A stretch of DNA of 64,000 nucleotides from Methanosaeta sp. PtaU1.Bin060 (GTDB lineage Archaea > Halobacteriota > Methanosarcinia > Methanotrichales > Methanotrichaceae): contig MVRK01000028.1 in assembly GCA_002067365.1 (NCBI GenBank), forward strand, positions 1,362 through 65,361. Direction: 5' to 3'. Shown here piece by piece: positions 1 through 8,200 of the stretch (position 1 is its first letter; every line of letters starts with the position of its first letter). Made by a program: the position numbers and the translations under genes. The notes below the pieces were generated by a model that ran no database searches, was not told the DNA's origin, and saw nothing but the letters and a program-made list of their open reading frames with translations.

Positions 1-334
1 TGTGAATCGCGTCGCAGCAGCCGAACTCCTCGCTCTTCAGAGTCACGCCGCGCTCCATGATGGAGTAGCTGCTCTCGCCAAGCCGTATCTCATCGAACTT
101 GTCGTAGATCTCCTTCAGGACATCTGCGCCCTCGTTGATCCCGAGGACGAGCGGGCTTCCCCCAAGCATCTTGTACTGGATGAGCGGATACCTGTAGATC
201 AGCCGGTCCGTTACATGCTGGTGCAGCAGGGCGTATTCGTTGAAGCTGGTGGCGAAGAAGCCGCGCAGCTTGGTCGCGTCCCCGCGCATGGGCGCGTCCG
301 AGTGCAGGGTGAGGCGGAGGAGTTTGAGCTTCAT
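1..334 (-). CDS. cas6: Cas6-family CRISPR endoribonuclease, N-terminal part; the gene runs off the left edge
   Basis: Not in the ORF track. The reverse complement from the ATG at 332-334 reads MKLKLLRLTLHSDAPMRGDATKLRGFFATSFNEYALLHQHVTDRLIYRYPLIQYKMLGGSPLVLGINEG..., which carries the KLRGFF and YPxIQYK signatures I associate with the Cas6b-type N-terminal domain. The + ORF 2..475 is its antisense shadow. Confidence 0.6.
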   Translation of the reverse strand, partial: MKLKLLRLTLHSDAPMRGDATKLRGFFATSFNEYALLHQHVTDRLIYRYPLIQYKMLGGSPLVLGINEGADVLKEIYDKFDEIRLGESSYSIMERGVTLKSEEFGCCDAIH

Positions 335-379
335 GCGGCCCTCTGGATGGAATCTTGGCGACAGATCCAAAAGAGATCT

Positions 380-556
380 TCAGAGCTTAATGCCTCGACG
401 CCTTGCATACTCTTCAAAGGTGATGAAGTCGTCCTTTTCCTTCTCGATGAGTGCATGGATCTCTTCAGCAGTTGACTCATCGTGCTCTGGCAGGGCGTCA
501 AAGTCCGCATCACTCAGAGGTTCTTCCTTTGCCGCTCTAATCTTGCTTCGGGCCAT
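380..556 (-). CDS. 58-aa acidic protein, candidate antitoxin encoded downstream of the RelE/ParE toxin (HigBA-like order)
   Basis: Below the ORF-track size cutoff. ATG at 554-556 and TGA at 380-382. Translation: MARSKIRAAKEEPLSDADFDALPEHDESTAEEIHALIEKEKDDFITFEEYARRRGIKL. An AAGGAG Shine-Dalgarno (plus-strand 568-573) sits 11 nt upstream of the ATG, and the ORF begins 32 nt after the toxin stop. Confidence 0.45.
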   Translation of the reverse strand: MARSKIRAAKEEPLSDADFDALPEHDESTAEEIHALIEKEKDDFITFEEYARRRGIKL

Positions 557-588
557 TATCTATGAATCTCCTTTGTTGGTATATCGAT

Positions 589-864
589 TTATCTGTAGTC
601 GGAACTTCTCTTCTTTCGAAATATTTTAGATATTTTTATACTATCATTATTCTCATGAACTTCGTATTCCACTCTGAGCCTGCCTATTCGCAGCCTGTAT
701 GTTATGTCGCTGCCTTCGACCGGCACTATATCAGCCAGCGGCCGAGGTCTATATGGATCATTCTTGATCTCCTCCAGGTGGGCCCATATTCGTTTTACGG
801 CATTGGCCGGAAGCTTGTTCAGGGCCTTTTGTGCTGTGCGTGAAAGTTCCAGCGTGAATACCAT
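589..864 (-). CDS. RelE/ParE-family type II toxin
   Basis: MVFTLELSRTAQKALNKLPANAVKRIWAHLEEIKNDPYRPRPLADIVPVEGSDITYRLRIGRLRVEYEVHENNDSIKISKIFRKKRSSDY matches the classic RelE/ParE pattern (KxLxKLP, YRLRIGxxRVxY, final R..Y). The track ORF extends to 894; the ATG at 862-864 is the likelier start. Confidence 0.75.
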   Translation of the reverse strand: MVFTLELSRTAQKALNKLPANAVKRIWAHLEEIKNDPYRPRPLADIVPVEGSDITYRLRIGRLRVEYEVHENNDSIKISKIFRKKRSSDYR

Positions 865-937
865 AGCAATCCTTGTAGCAAATCCTTTGTTCAACCTCTT
901 GAGGTTATCAGCAGTGGTTTATGAGGTCGCTTCAGCA

Positions 938-1134
938 TCAGTATATTTGCATCACCGCGACGGTGCATATCAGCGAATCATCCGTCTCGACCGACACTTC
1001 TTCGCCGCGGGCGATCATGCAGGCGATGAAGCCCCGATCGCTTCCTTTGCCATATCCAGCACCTCTTTGACGGTCTGCCCGAAGGTCAGGCATCCGGACA
1101 GCGAGGGCACAATTACGGTGAATTCCTCATAAAA
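938..1134 (-). pseudogene. HicB-like (UPF0150) antitoxin remnant, N-terminally truncated and frameshifted
   Basis: The minus strand reads (F)YEEFTVIVPSLSGCLTFGQTVKEVLDMAKEAIG, which contains the HicB PxLxGC..G.T..E.....EAI core. After a frameshift near the G4/C4 run at about 1025-1035 it continues as FIACMIARGEEVSVETDDSLICTVAVMQIY*. There is no start codon and about 15 N-terminal residues are missing. The open frame begins at 1134, directly against the cas3 stop at 1127-1129. Confidence 0.6.
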
Positions 1135-3562
1135 TTATTGACCCTCCACCAGCTCCCGACATTTTAAAACCTGTCTTCTCGTCATAAAAGTTGCTCAGCT
1201 CGGCTCTTGAAATATATCCGATATTGGAGTCATCTGTCACCAAGAGGCCTGCAAACTTTTTAGGAGCAGATATTAAATAATCGCTGAAACATTTCCTTAT
1301 TTTTAGATATTTTTTCGTCCTCTCCAGATTGTCCTTCTCGTTTCGAAATTCCTGGTATTTTTTCCATATCTTCTCAGCAGTTTCATCCAGCTCCACGAAT
1401 ACGTTTACCGCAGGGATGTCGTCCTCAATGAGCTTGAACTTCTCGCTCAGATCCTTAAATGCCAATCCTGTTATGCAGTCCAGGCTATCCTTTGAATCCT
1501 TATCGCTCATTCCCCGCTTTATCGCCCTAAAATACATGTTATTGAGCTCCAGAAATTTGGATTCTTTGATCGGTTCTTTAATTGGGCCCAGAATTTCCAA
1601 GGTTTTATCTACCAGGAAGGGATCATAGATATATTTATAAAATTCTTGTTTATCGTCTTTTAAGACAAAAATTTTCACCAATCCTTTTTCTATTTTGGAT
1701 GAACCTCTATTGCACCTTCCTGCAACTTGGTTTATTGAGTCCATGGGGGCAAAGTCCCTGTAAACTCTATCGGCATCGATATCCACACCAGCCTCAATAA
1801 GTTGCGTGCTGACGATGACCTTTCGGTGTCCAGCAGAATCCTTTGTCTCTTTGATCTGGTTTATCCTCTTTAACCTATCTTTTGGCACAACACTAGTGGA
1901 TAGATAGCACATTTTTGTGTTCTTTAAACCCAGACCCGAGATATAATCATAAATGCTTTTAGCTGAGTTTATTGTATTTAGAACGATTAGAAAATCCTTA
2001 TTCTTCTCATTCTCCAGATCGTTTTTCAGTATTTCTTTGAATTCATCCAGAGTTAGGGCCTTTTCGATTATGGGTATGAGGTCGATCCTATCCAAGCTCC
2101 GGAAGTATTCCTCTTTTCTCTTAGCTATTTCTTGTATCTCACCTATTCCTTCCTCGAAGATAAGCGGCTGGGTTGCAGTGATCAAAATGACGTAGCTATT
2201 GAACTTGTTGCAGAGCAACATGAGGGCATCGTGAATCAATCGCCAATACCTGTGAGGCATTGCTTGGACCTCATCCAAGATTATGATGGCGTTTGTGAGC
2301 TTATTGAATTTACGTAGCAACTTGTTTCTATTGGAGAATAATGTATTGAAGAGCTGCCAGAAAGTGGTTACTATTATCTCTGAGTTCCATCCTTCCATGA
2401 GGAGTAGACTTTTGTCAGCTTCGTATTCCGCATCGCCTGCTTCATAGCTCACATCTGCTAGATGATGGTGCTTGAGCAAGAGCCTGGAATCTTTATGGGT
2501 TCTCTTGGTTTTGGTTTCATCCTCGATTTCATCACAGGGGTCGGCAAGAGTCTGGTCTTTCTTCGATTCAAGATCAGCTTCGGGAAATATAACGCTATCA
2601 AAGACGCCATAGTTTTGGTCTATAATGGATAGGAAGGGCAATGAATATATTATTCTTGACCTAATATTTTTATCCCTCTCCAATCGCGCTCCTAGTTTTA
2701 GAGCTACGGATAGGGCAGTGAGGGTCTTACCTGTGCCTGTTGGGACATTCAGGGAGATGATCTTGTTATCCAGGTTCCAGTCCTCGATCCTGCCCGTGGC
2801 CTCATCGTAAATCTGGTTTCTTAGGCTGTTGATATTGACCGTGCTATCTGTGAAGTGTTTAGCTTCTCTGTAAAGATCTACCAGATTGGCTGGCAGATTC
2901 TGACGCTCAAGAAGGATGCCGTCCAATCCAGCATCGGTCTTATCTGCATCTATGAGAATAGAATATAGAAATTGATTTACGAAATATGGATAAATATCGT
3001 TATTATCGCTCAAATGCCTTAACAATCGTCTTTCTTTAGCGATATCTGTTATAATGTTATTGAGAATATAATTCTTAATATTACTAATATCGATATTCAG
3101 GTTGATATTCCTTTCTGAGATGAGCGTTGAAAGGATTTCCTCTAGCTCAATCATATCTATAGATTCTATCTGCTCACCTGCTGTCTTCATTACATCTTCC
3201 TCGTCAGCATCGACATCGCTTATTTCATCCATGGCATTCAGGAAGTTTCCGTGATGTCTCTTTACCGCCAGGAAAGATATGATGGGCAGATTCTCTGATA
3301 TTCCACTTTCAATTTTATATTGCTTAAGATATTCTTTGATCACAGAATATGTGAAGAATGCTGATAGCAGGCCGTGATGTGTGACCTCCATGGCTTTAAG
3401 AGATCTCCTCTTCTTCTCATCCGTCTCTGTAATATATTTTTGGAAGAATTTCGTAGCCTTGCCAAAGTCATGAGTGATACCGATTATATATGCCATATCC
3501 CTTAATAGGTTAGCTTCCGATATATTCAGAGATTTATCGGCAATAGTATTTCCGGCCATCAC
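1127..3562 (-). CDS. cas3: Cas3 HD nuclease / DEAD-DEAH helicase fusion (type I signature protein)
   Basis: N-terminal HD motifs (ITHDFGKATKFFQ, THHGLLSAFF), Walker A (NVPTGTGKT), motif II (IILDEVQ) and helicase C motifs (STQLIEAGVDID, AGRCNR). 811 aa. AT-rich. Confidence 0.9.
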   Translation of the reverse strand: MMAGNTIADKSLNISEANLLRDMAYIIGITHDFGKATKFFQKYITETDEKKRRSLKAMEVTHHGLLSAFFTYSVIKEYLKQYKIESGISENLPIISFLAVKRHHGNFLNAMDEISDVDADEEDVMKTAGEQIESIDMIELEEILSTLISERNINLNIDISNIKNYILNNIITDIAKERRLLRHLSDNNDIYPYFVNQFLYSILIDADKTDAGLDGILLERQNLPANLVDLYREAKHFTDSTVNINSLRNQIYDEATGRIEDWNLDNKIISLNVPTGTGKTLTALSVALKLGARLERDKNIRSRIIYSLPFLSIIDQNYGVFDSVIFPEADLESKKDQTLADPCDEIEDETKTKRTHKDSRLLLKHHHLADVSYEAGDAEYEADKSLLLMEGWNSEIIVTTFWQLFNTLFSNRNKLLRKFNKLTNAIIILDEVQAMPHRYWRLIHDALMLLCNKFNSYVILITATQPLIFEEGIGEIQEIAKRKEEYFRSLDRIDLIPIIEKALTLDEFKEILKNDLENEKNKDFLIVLNTINSAKSIYDYISGLGLKNTKMCYLSTSVVPKDRLKRINQIKETKDSAGHRKVIVSTQLIEAGVDIDADRVYRDFAPMDSINQVAGRCNRGSSKIEKGLVKIFVLKDDKQEFYKYIYDPFLVDKTLEILGPIKEPIKESKFLELNNMYFRAIKRGMSDKDSKDSLDCITGLAFKDLSEKFKLIEDDIPAVNVFVELDETAEKIWKKYQEFRNEKDNLERTKKYLKIRKCFSDYLISAPKKFAGLLVTDDSNIGYISRAELSNFYDEKTGFKMSGAGGGSIIL

Positions 3563-3614
3563 TCCTACATTCCTGAGGTGATCTATCAGGCGCTTGTCTG
3601 GGTGAGAAAGTAGT

Positions 3615-4325
3615 TTAAAGGAATGCGATCTGCTCGTGGTTATCGTTCTCGACCTCCCATAGGTCTCTAGCTTTAGCTTTTATCTCCTTTCCATTTCTCT
3701 CAAAGAGGATTTCGCTATAATCAGTTACCTCTCGACCATCGTTCATCTCATTGGGCAAAGTCTCAGAGAAATATTCCTTTCCCGTCTCGAATTCAGGGCT
3801 GATAATACATTTTCCAGGCACAACACTGCTTATGGCATGTGGTCCTTCTCCTAGGCTTTTCAACCCAAATTCGCCCACATATCCGAAGTTGCAGATGAGC
3901 TGGCTCAAGCCCAGACAGGGAGTATAAATTGATTGATGATTTGCCAGAAGCGATTTCAGGTTATTGTAAAGTGCCTCATCGGAGTGAGTGAAATATATTC
4001 TATACTTGGGATCTTTCACAAACTCCCGCCTGGTCGGGTGCCTGTTCTTGATCAGATGCATATTCTTTATATTATCTGCGTTTAGGTGGTTCTCTCCGAT
4101 CCTTATCTTCTTCATAGGATTAATAATCTTGCAGCCTATTCTTGCATCCTTTCTGAGGAAATATCTGAAATACTCCTTCTTATCAAGCCCTATGATAGCA
4201 CCTATCAGCCCTGATATAGCGGTGCGCGGAGGAAAAGAATATGTGAGAGGGGAGCTTGTGGTGTAAATCTTCTTGAAATGGGCATAGTCCCCCCAAACAT
4301 CGAGCACTAATACTCTATCAGGCAT
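3615..4325 (-). CDS. cas5: Cas5 (type I-B, Cas5h/Cas5t-like RAMP)
   Basis: The N-terminus VLVLDVWGDYAHFKKIYTTSSPLTYSFPPRTAISGLIGAIIGLDK is the canonical Cas5 signature. The gene sits between cas7 and cas3. Confidence 0.85.
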   Translation of the reverse strand: MPDRVLVLDVWGDYAHFKKIYTTSSPLTYSFPPRTAISGLIGAIIGLDKKEYFRYFLRKDARIGCKIINPMKKIRIGENHLNADNIKNMHLIKNRHPTRREFVKDPKYRIYFTHSDEALYNNLKSLLANHQSIYTPCLGLSQLICNFGYVGEFGLKSLGEGPHAISSVVPGKCIISPEFETGKEYFSETLPNEMNDGREVTDYSEILFERNGKEIKAKARDLWEVENDNHEQIAFL

Positions 4326-4335
4326 CTAAACCTCC

Positions 4336-5343
4336 CTAAAAGGATATCAGCTTTACATCAATGCCTGTGGTTGCCTTCAGGTCAGCCATCGAAAAAGCAG
4401 CTCCATCCCTGCAAAATCTCATCCTATCATCAGCGCAGACCTCTATATTCTGTATGTTATCCTTCTCCTCTGTAAGCTTCTTAACGAGCTTGGATACATC
4501 AATCTTGTAATCATTGGTGTCGCGGATGTTCTCATGGGGTAGCTCAGTCTCCAATGTCAGCATCTCATCCAGGTCACCGATGTGATAATTCTTTTTGCTG
4601 TAATTGACCTTGAGCAGTAGCCTGGGGACCTGTCCTATCTTAGTCCTAGTGATCAGGTTCTTAGTTCCATTCCAGATTCCGTCTAGCAAGAGCTGTACAT
4701 CATCATCTGTGAGCCCCGTGAGCCGGGCGGCGTTCTCATTTATGATGCCATAAAAGCGAATGAGGGAATAGGGCAGATAATCCTCTTCGCGGAAGGTCTT
4801 ATGTGTGGCTTTTGGATCTGAAGCGAAGGCTCCAGTGCCTTTTATATGTTTTATGATGACTCTATGTAGGGATCTTCCCATCTTGAATTGGACTGGGCCT
4901 GTATAAGTGATCGCTCCTTTCTCTTCTTTGGATTCAGTATCCTTACCGTCCTTTGTTTCAGCATCAGCTTCCTTCTTAGCCTTCGCACTCTTATCTTTCT
5001 TGGGTTTTACTATCGGTAGGACCCCCCCGAAGAGGCGGATATCTATGCATTCGCCGAGAATTCTGCTGCGATCATTTCCAAAGCTGCCCGCTCTCATCTT
5101 TGCGTCCTGAATGTGCCCCTCCTCATCATAAGCGATCTCCCTGACAAAGATCTCTTTATTTAGGGATTGGAGATAATCCCTTATGGTTCTCTTCAGCCTA
5201 ACATCAGTAACTATGTTTATGCCAGTCTCTTCATCAATCCTTGGCTTATTCTCATCTAGAGGATCGCCGTTTGGATTTGCATCTTTCACATCATATAGAA
5301 ATATAATCTCAGATCTGTTTGATATGATGTTGCTCATTTTCAT
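4336..5343 (-). CDS. cas7: Cas7 (Csh2/Cst2-type type I-B backbone subunit)
   Basis: IFLYDVKDANPNGDPLDENKPRIDEETGINIVTDVRLKRTIRDYL is the canonical Cas7/Csh2 N-terminal motif. Its start overlaps the cas8b stop as ATGA. Confidence 0.9.
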   Translation of the reverse strand: MKMSNIISNRSEIIFLYDVKDANPNGDPLDENKPRIDEETGINIVTDVRLKRTIRDYLQSLNKEIFVREIAYDEEGHIQDAKMRAGSFGNDRSRILGECIDIRLFGGVLPIVKPKKDKSAKAKKEADAETKDGKDTESKEEKGAITYTGPVQFKMGRSLHRVIIKHIKGTGAFASDPKATHKTFREEDYLPYSLIRFYGIINENAARLTGLTDDDVQLLLDGIWNGTKNLITRTKIGQVPRLLLKVNYSKKNYHIGDLDEMLTLETELPHENIRDTNDYKIDVSKLVKKLTEEKDNIQNIEVCADDRMRFCRDGAAFSMADLKATTGIDVKLISF

Positions 5344-6491
5344 GCCACCTCCTCAGTACCTTCCTCTTCTTTAACATCCTTGAACAATTTATGGGTATCC
5401 ATCCCCAGGACGAAATAAAAGCTCAATTCATCATTGCTCTCACCCCAGTTTTCACCGGACAGGATGAAATAGCGGGCGATGATTTCCTCAAGGTCTCTGT
5501 AGTAATTTCTCTTATACTCCTCAAGCTTATTCTGAATCTCAGGGAGGAGTTTCTTGATGAGAGCTTCATTCATCCGTAGTCCGTGTAGCTTATCACGAAA
5601 TGGAGCAGCGCCTCTCTTTTGCAGTTGGTTGTTCAGCAAAAATTGAGCCAATACGCCCTCTAGAAAGGCGGCTTTCTTTGCATTGCTAGTGAAGAATGCC
5701 TCATTGGATTGGAAGAAGCTCTTTATCTTCTGCTCCAAGGGAAAGCCCTCCAGATTTTCGATGGACGGCTCTCCTTCGCCTAGTTTATCCATGCCATTCA
5801 TCTCCGATTTGATATTTTTGAGTATCCCAAGTTCCTTTAAGTAGTATAATAGGAGGAAGCCGTTGAGAGTGGTAACATTTGTAGGATGATCTGAGTCGAA
5901 TATATCTCTTATCCTTAGAATAATATATTTCATTAATAGGTAATAATCAATGCTATTTCCAACAAATATTTTGTTGACTATATCCATGAAGATCTTATCG
6001 AAGTTTCCGTTCTTCGGCATTACCTCGAATTTTTTCATCATAGAACTGGATGGGAAGAACGTCCTCACGACCTTGAAGTTGAACTCTAATGGTTCCATCT
6101 CCTTCTGCGATTCGTTCAATACCTTTTCATTATATGCCCTGAACCTCTTATCCACCCTATTTTTTGTATTGAACATCGTTCTTAGCCTGGAAGGGATAAT
6201 TCCGTCGATGGAAAGCAAAATATTGTATTGGGATTTAGCCATTTTATAGAAAAATAAGTTGGTGCTGATGAAGTCGCTTTGCTCGGCTACAATGCCCAAT
6301 ATTTCTTTTTCATCTGCAGTTAAGCGTTTCCTAACCTCTTGGTTGATTTTCTGATCCCTCTTCTGATCCTTGGCTGTCAGTATGCGCAGGATCTCCTGGG
6401 AATCTCCTCCCATCGCCATCTTCGGGATTAATAGGTAGCTGAAGCCATAAAAGTCGAAGCTCAGTTTTTCCTCCACAAATCTTTTCCCCAA
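5340..6491 (-). CDS. cas8b: Cas8b large subunit, C-terminal fragment. It lies downstream of an in-frame TAG, and the same frame stays open from 6635.
   Basis: Located between cas4 and cas7. The helical C-terminus is typical of a Cas8b/Cas11-like tail. The frame is continuous with 6636..7235 through one TAG codon. The 48 codons 6492-6635 read QRKPEVYGFAIPWTFHTYDNRTNLAGGFEISESWKNTPICFDCATILEL. Confidence 0.75.
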   Translation of the reverse strand: MGKRFVEEKLSFDFYGFSYLLIPKMAMGGDSQEILRILTAKDQKRDQKINQEVRKRLTADEKEILGIVAEQSDFISTNLFFYKMAKSQYNILLSIDGIIPSRLRTMFNTKNRVDKRFRAYNEKVLNESQKEMEPLEFNFKVVRTFFPSSSMMKKFEVMPKNGNFDKIFMDIVNKIFVGNSIDYYLLMKYIILRIRDIFDSDHPTNVTTLNGFLLLYYLKELGILKNIKSEMNGMDKLGEGEPSIENLEGFPLEQKIKSFFQSNEAFFTSNAKKAAFLEGVLAQFLLNNQLQKRGAAPFRDKLHGLRMNEALIKKLLPEIQNKLEEYKRNYYRDLEEIIARYFILSGENWGESNDELSFYFVLGMDTHKLFKDVKEEEGTEEVA

Positions 6492-6635
6492 TTCAAGAAT
6501 TGTGGCACAATCGAAGCATATTGGGGTATTCTTCCACGATTCGGAGATCTCGAAGCCCCCAGCGAGATTTGTCCGATTGTCATAGGTGTGGAATGTCCAT
6601 GGGATTGCAAACCCGTATACCTCAGGTTTCCTCTG

Positions 6636-7235
6636 CTAACATAAACAGCAAATGCGGTTTTCTCCCAATGAGGTTCCTTGAGACTTTTTATAGGAGTATC
6701 TGCCCTTCCCTTGGAGGAGCAATATCTTCGCAAACAACGGATATTCATTAATATGCGAATAATCATCGCCCTTTTCGAATCCTAGCGTGATGATGGCATT
6801 AGTATTTGGTTCTCTTTGAGCATATTTTTCGCTAACCTCATCGAGAATCTTGTCCTTATGACATTTGAGAGCTGTGCTCATTTTTTTGATGGTATCTTTC
6901 TCATCATCGGAGATCTTATACTCCTCATAGTTCTCAAACCACCTCAAGAACCTGTCAAATGTTCTAGGAAGCTTGCTTGCCACCATGCTTGTAGGCGTGG
7001 CATCGGTGCCATTGGAAGGACCTTTTTTATATAAATACAGACTTGGATTTTTAAATTCGTCCCTCACTACTCGGCTAAAGAAATAATCGCCATCTTTCTC
7101 CTTTAATACAATGATCAAGACTGCTTTATATGTATCATTGGAGTTTGGATTTTCGAGGTACGTTGCTATTGTGTCCCCGCCGCCGCCCTGTGTCCTTTGG
7201 ACATAATCACCGATCCTTCTCACAGCCTCTATCAA
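6636..7235 (-). CDS. cas8b: Cas8b (Csh1/TM1802-like) large subunit, N-terminal fragment ending at an in-frame TAG (6636-6638)
   Basis: MIEAVRRIGDYV...LYLYKKGPSNGTDATPTSMV...ENRICCLC* resembles the N-terminal part and first Cys pair of TM1802/Csh1-type Cas8b. The second Cys pair (CFDC) lies just beyond the TAG in the same frame. Confidence 0.75.
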   Translation of the reverse strand: MIEAVRRIGDYVQRTQGGGGDTIATYLENPNSNDTYKAVLIIVLKEKDGDYFFSRVVRDEFKNPSLYLYKKGPSNGTDATPTSMVASKLPRTFDRFLRWFENYEEYKISDDEKDTIKKMSTALKCHKDKILDEVSEKYAQREPNTNAIITLGFEKGDDYSHINEYPLFAKILLLQGKGRYSYKKSQGTSLGENRICCLC

Positions 7236-7241
7236 TTGAGA

Positions 7242-7904
7242 TCACCTTTGGACACAAATATTCCTATACGTGCAGTCCACGCACCTGGCCTTCTGCCTCG
7301 TCCCATCAGGATAATATCCCTTCTGAATAATCCTCAGTATCTCGCGCACAATCTGCTTTGCTACCACATAATCTTTTTCCCGAAAGTCTATCTCCGCCAC
7401 ATAGTTGTTGCTTCTTGTGTAGCAGATGAAGCCCTTCTTCACTTCCACGCCGAAGTGCTCACTGATCAGCAGCCCATAGAGCGCCGCCTGATATTTATGC
7501 GTCCTGTAAATTGTCTTCTTGAACTCCGCAAACTTATAATCCAGTGGGGCGGCAGTTCCGTCCTCAAGAAACAGGACCTCATCCACTTCTCCTTTGAACT
7601 GATGCTTGTGCGAAGTCAGGTAAACGGAGACATCCTTTCGGACGCATTTGAGCTTCTTTCTCACATAGTCCCTATTGACCTTCTCGCGAACTTCGTGCAG
7701 CTCGCGGCCCTTGAGGACCTTGTACCTCCTCTCCTGATGCTCTGGTATCATCAGGCAGCGCTCAAAAAAGATGAACCTCGGGCAGAACAGGTACTCCAGC
7801 GCATCCGAGACCGTCACGAAGACCTCCTGCCCGGGCGGCGCAGGCTCCCGCGCGCCCTCCTGCGCCTGTGCATGCACAGCCCCGGCCTTCGCTTCCGTCT
7901 CCAT
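7242..7904 (-). CDS. cas4: Cas4 RecB-like exonuclease with a 4-Cys cluster
   Basis: VSDALEYLFCPRFIFFE carries the N-terminal Cys, PLDYKF is the nuclease core, and the C-terminal CVDCTYRNIC supplies CxxCx5C. Confidence 0.85.
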   Translation of the reverse strand: METEAKAGAVHAQAQEGAREPAPPGQEVFVTVSDALEYLFCPRFIFFERCLMIPEHQERRYKVLKGRELHEVREKVNRDYVRKKLKCVRKDVSVYLTSHKHQFKGEVDEVLFLEDGTAAPLDYKFAEFKKTIYRTHKYQAALYGLLISEHFGVEVKKGFICYTRSNNYVAEIDFREKDYVVAKQIVREILRIIQKGYYPDGTRQKARCVDCTYRNICVQR

Positions 7905-7911
7905 CCGTCCC

Positions 7912-8199
7912 TCAGAAGACCTTGGTGATCGTCATCCCGCTCACCAGCTCCCTCTCAAAGCCCACACCAATCAGCCTGATCTTCTCAAAACAGTCCTCGC
8001 ACATGGGAAAGACATAGACCGAGTCCGATTCCTCGATCGCCTCCTCGCACTCCAGCGCCAGCGAATCCGACTCGTTGCGGTTCAGGTCTCCGAGGAAGGC
8101 GCTCTTCTGAACGCGGAAGAGCCCGTATCCCTTGCACAGCTTCGCTACCCTGCTGCGGATGCGGTTCTCGGAGATGTCGTAGATCACCCACACGAGCAT
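7912..8199 (-). CDS. cas2: Cas2
   Basis: MLVWVIYDISENRIRSRVAKLCKGYGLFRVQKSAFLGDL is the canonical Cas2 ferredoxin-fold N-terminus. 95 aa. The gene starts 1 nt after the cas1 stop. Confidence 0.9.
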   Translation of the reverse strand: MLVWVIYDISENRIRSRVAKLCKGYGLFRVQKSAFLGDLNRNESDSLALECEEAIEESDSVYVFPMCEDCFEKIRLIGVGFERELVSGMTITKVF

Positions 8200-8200
8200 T

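Noticed and set aside
2-475. 157-aa + strand ORF at the left edge
   Set aside because: It is the antisense shadow of the minus-strand cas6 gene, whose translation has clear Cas6 motifs. The + frame product has no recognisable features.
704-1132. 142-aa + strand ORF spanning the relE-hicB region
   Set aside because: It lies opposite two minus-strand reading frames with clear family signatures (the RelE/ParE toxin and the HicB remnant), so it is a shadow ORF.
6636-6638. Genome-wide reassignment of TAG (all TAG read as pyrrolysine) as the explanation for the cas8b TAG
   Set aside because: TAG terminates at least five well-defined genes in this window at positions matching normal protein ends: cas1 at 8201, ftr at 9498, the helicase at 24335, the TPR gene at 43250 and its neighbour at 43253. 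Context-dependent Pyl insertion remains possible only if pyl genes exist elsewhere.
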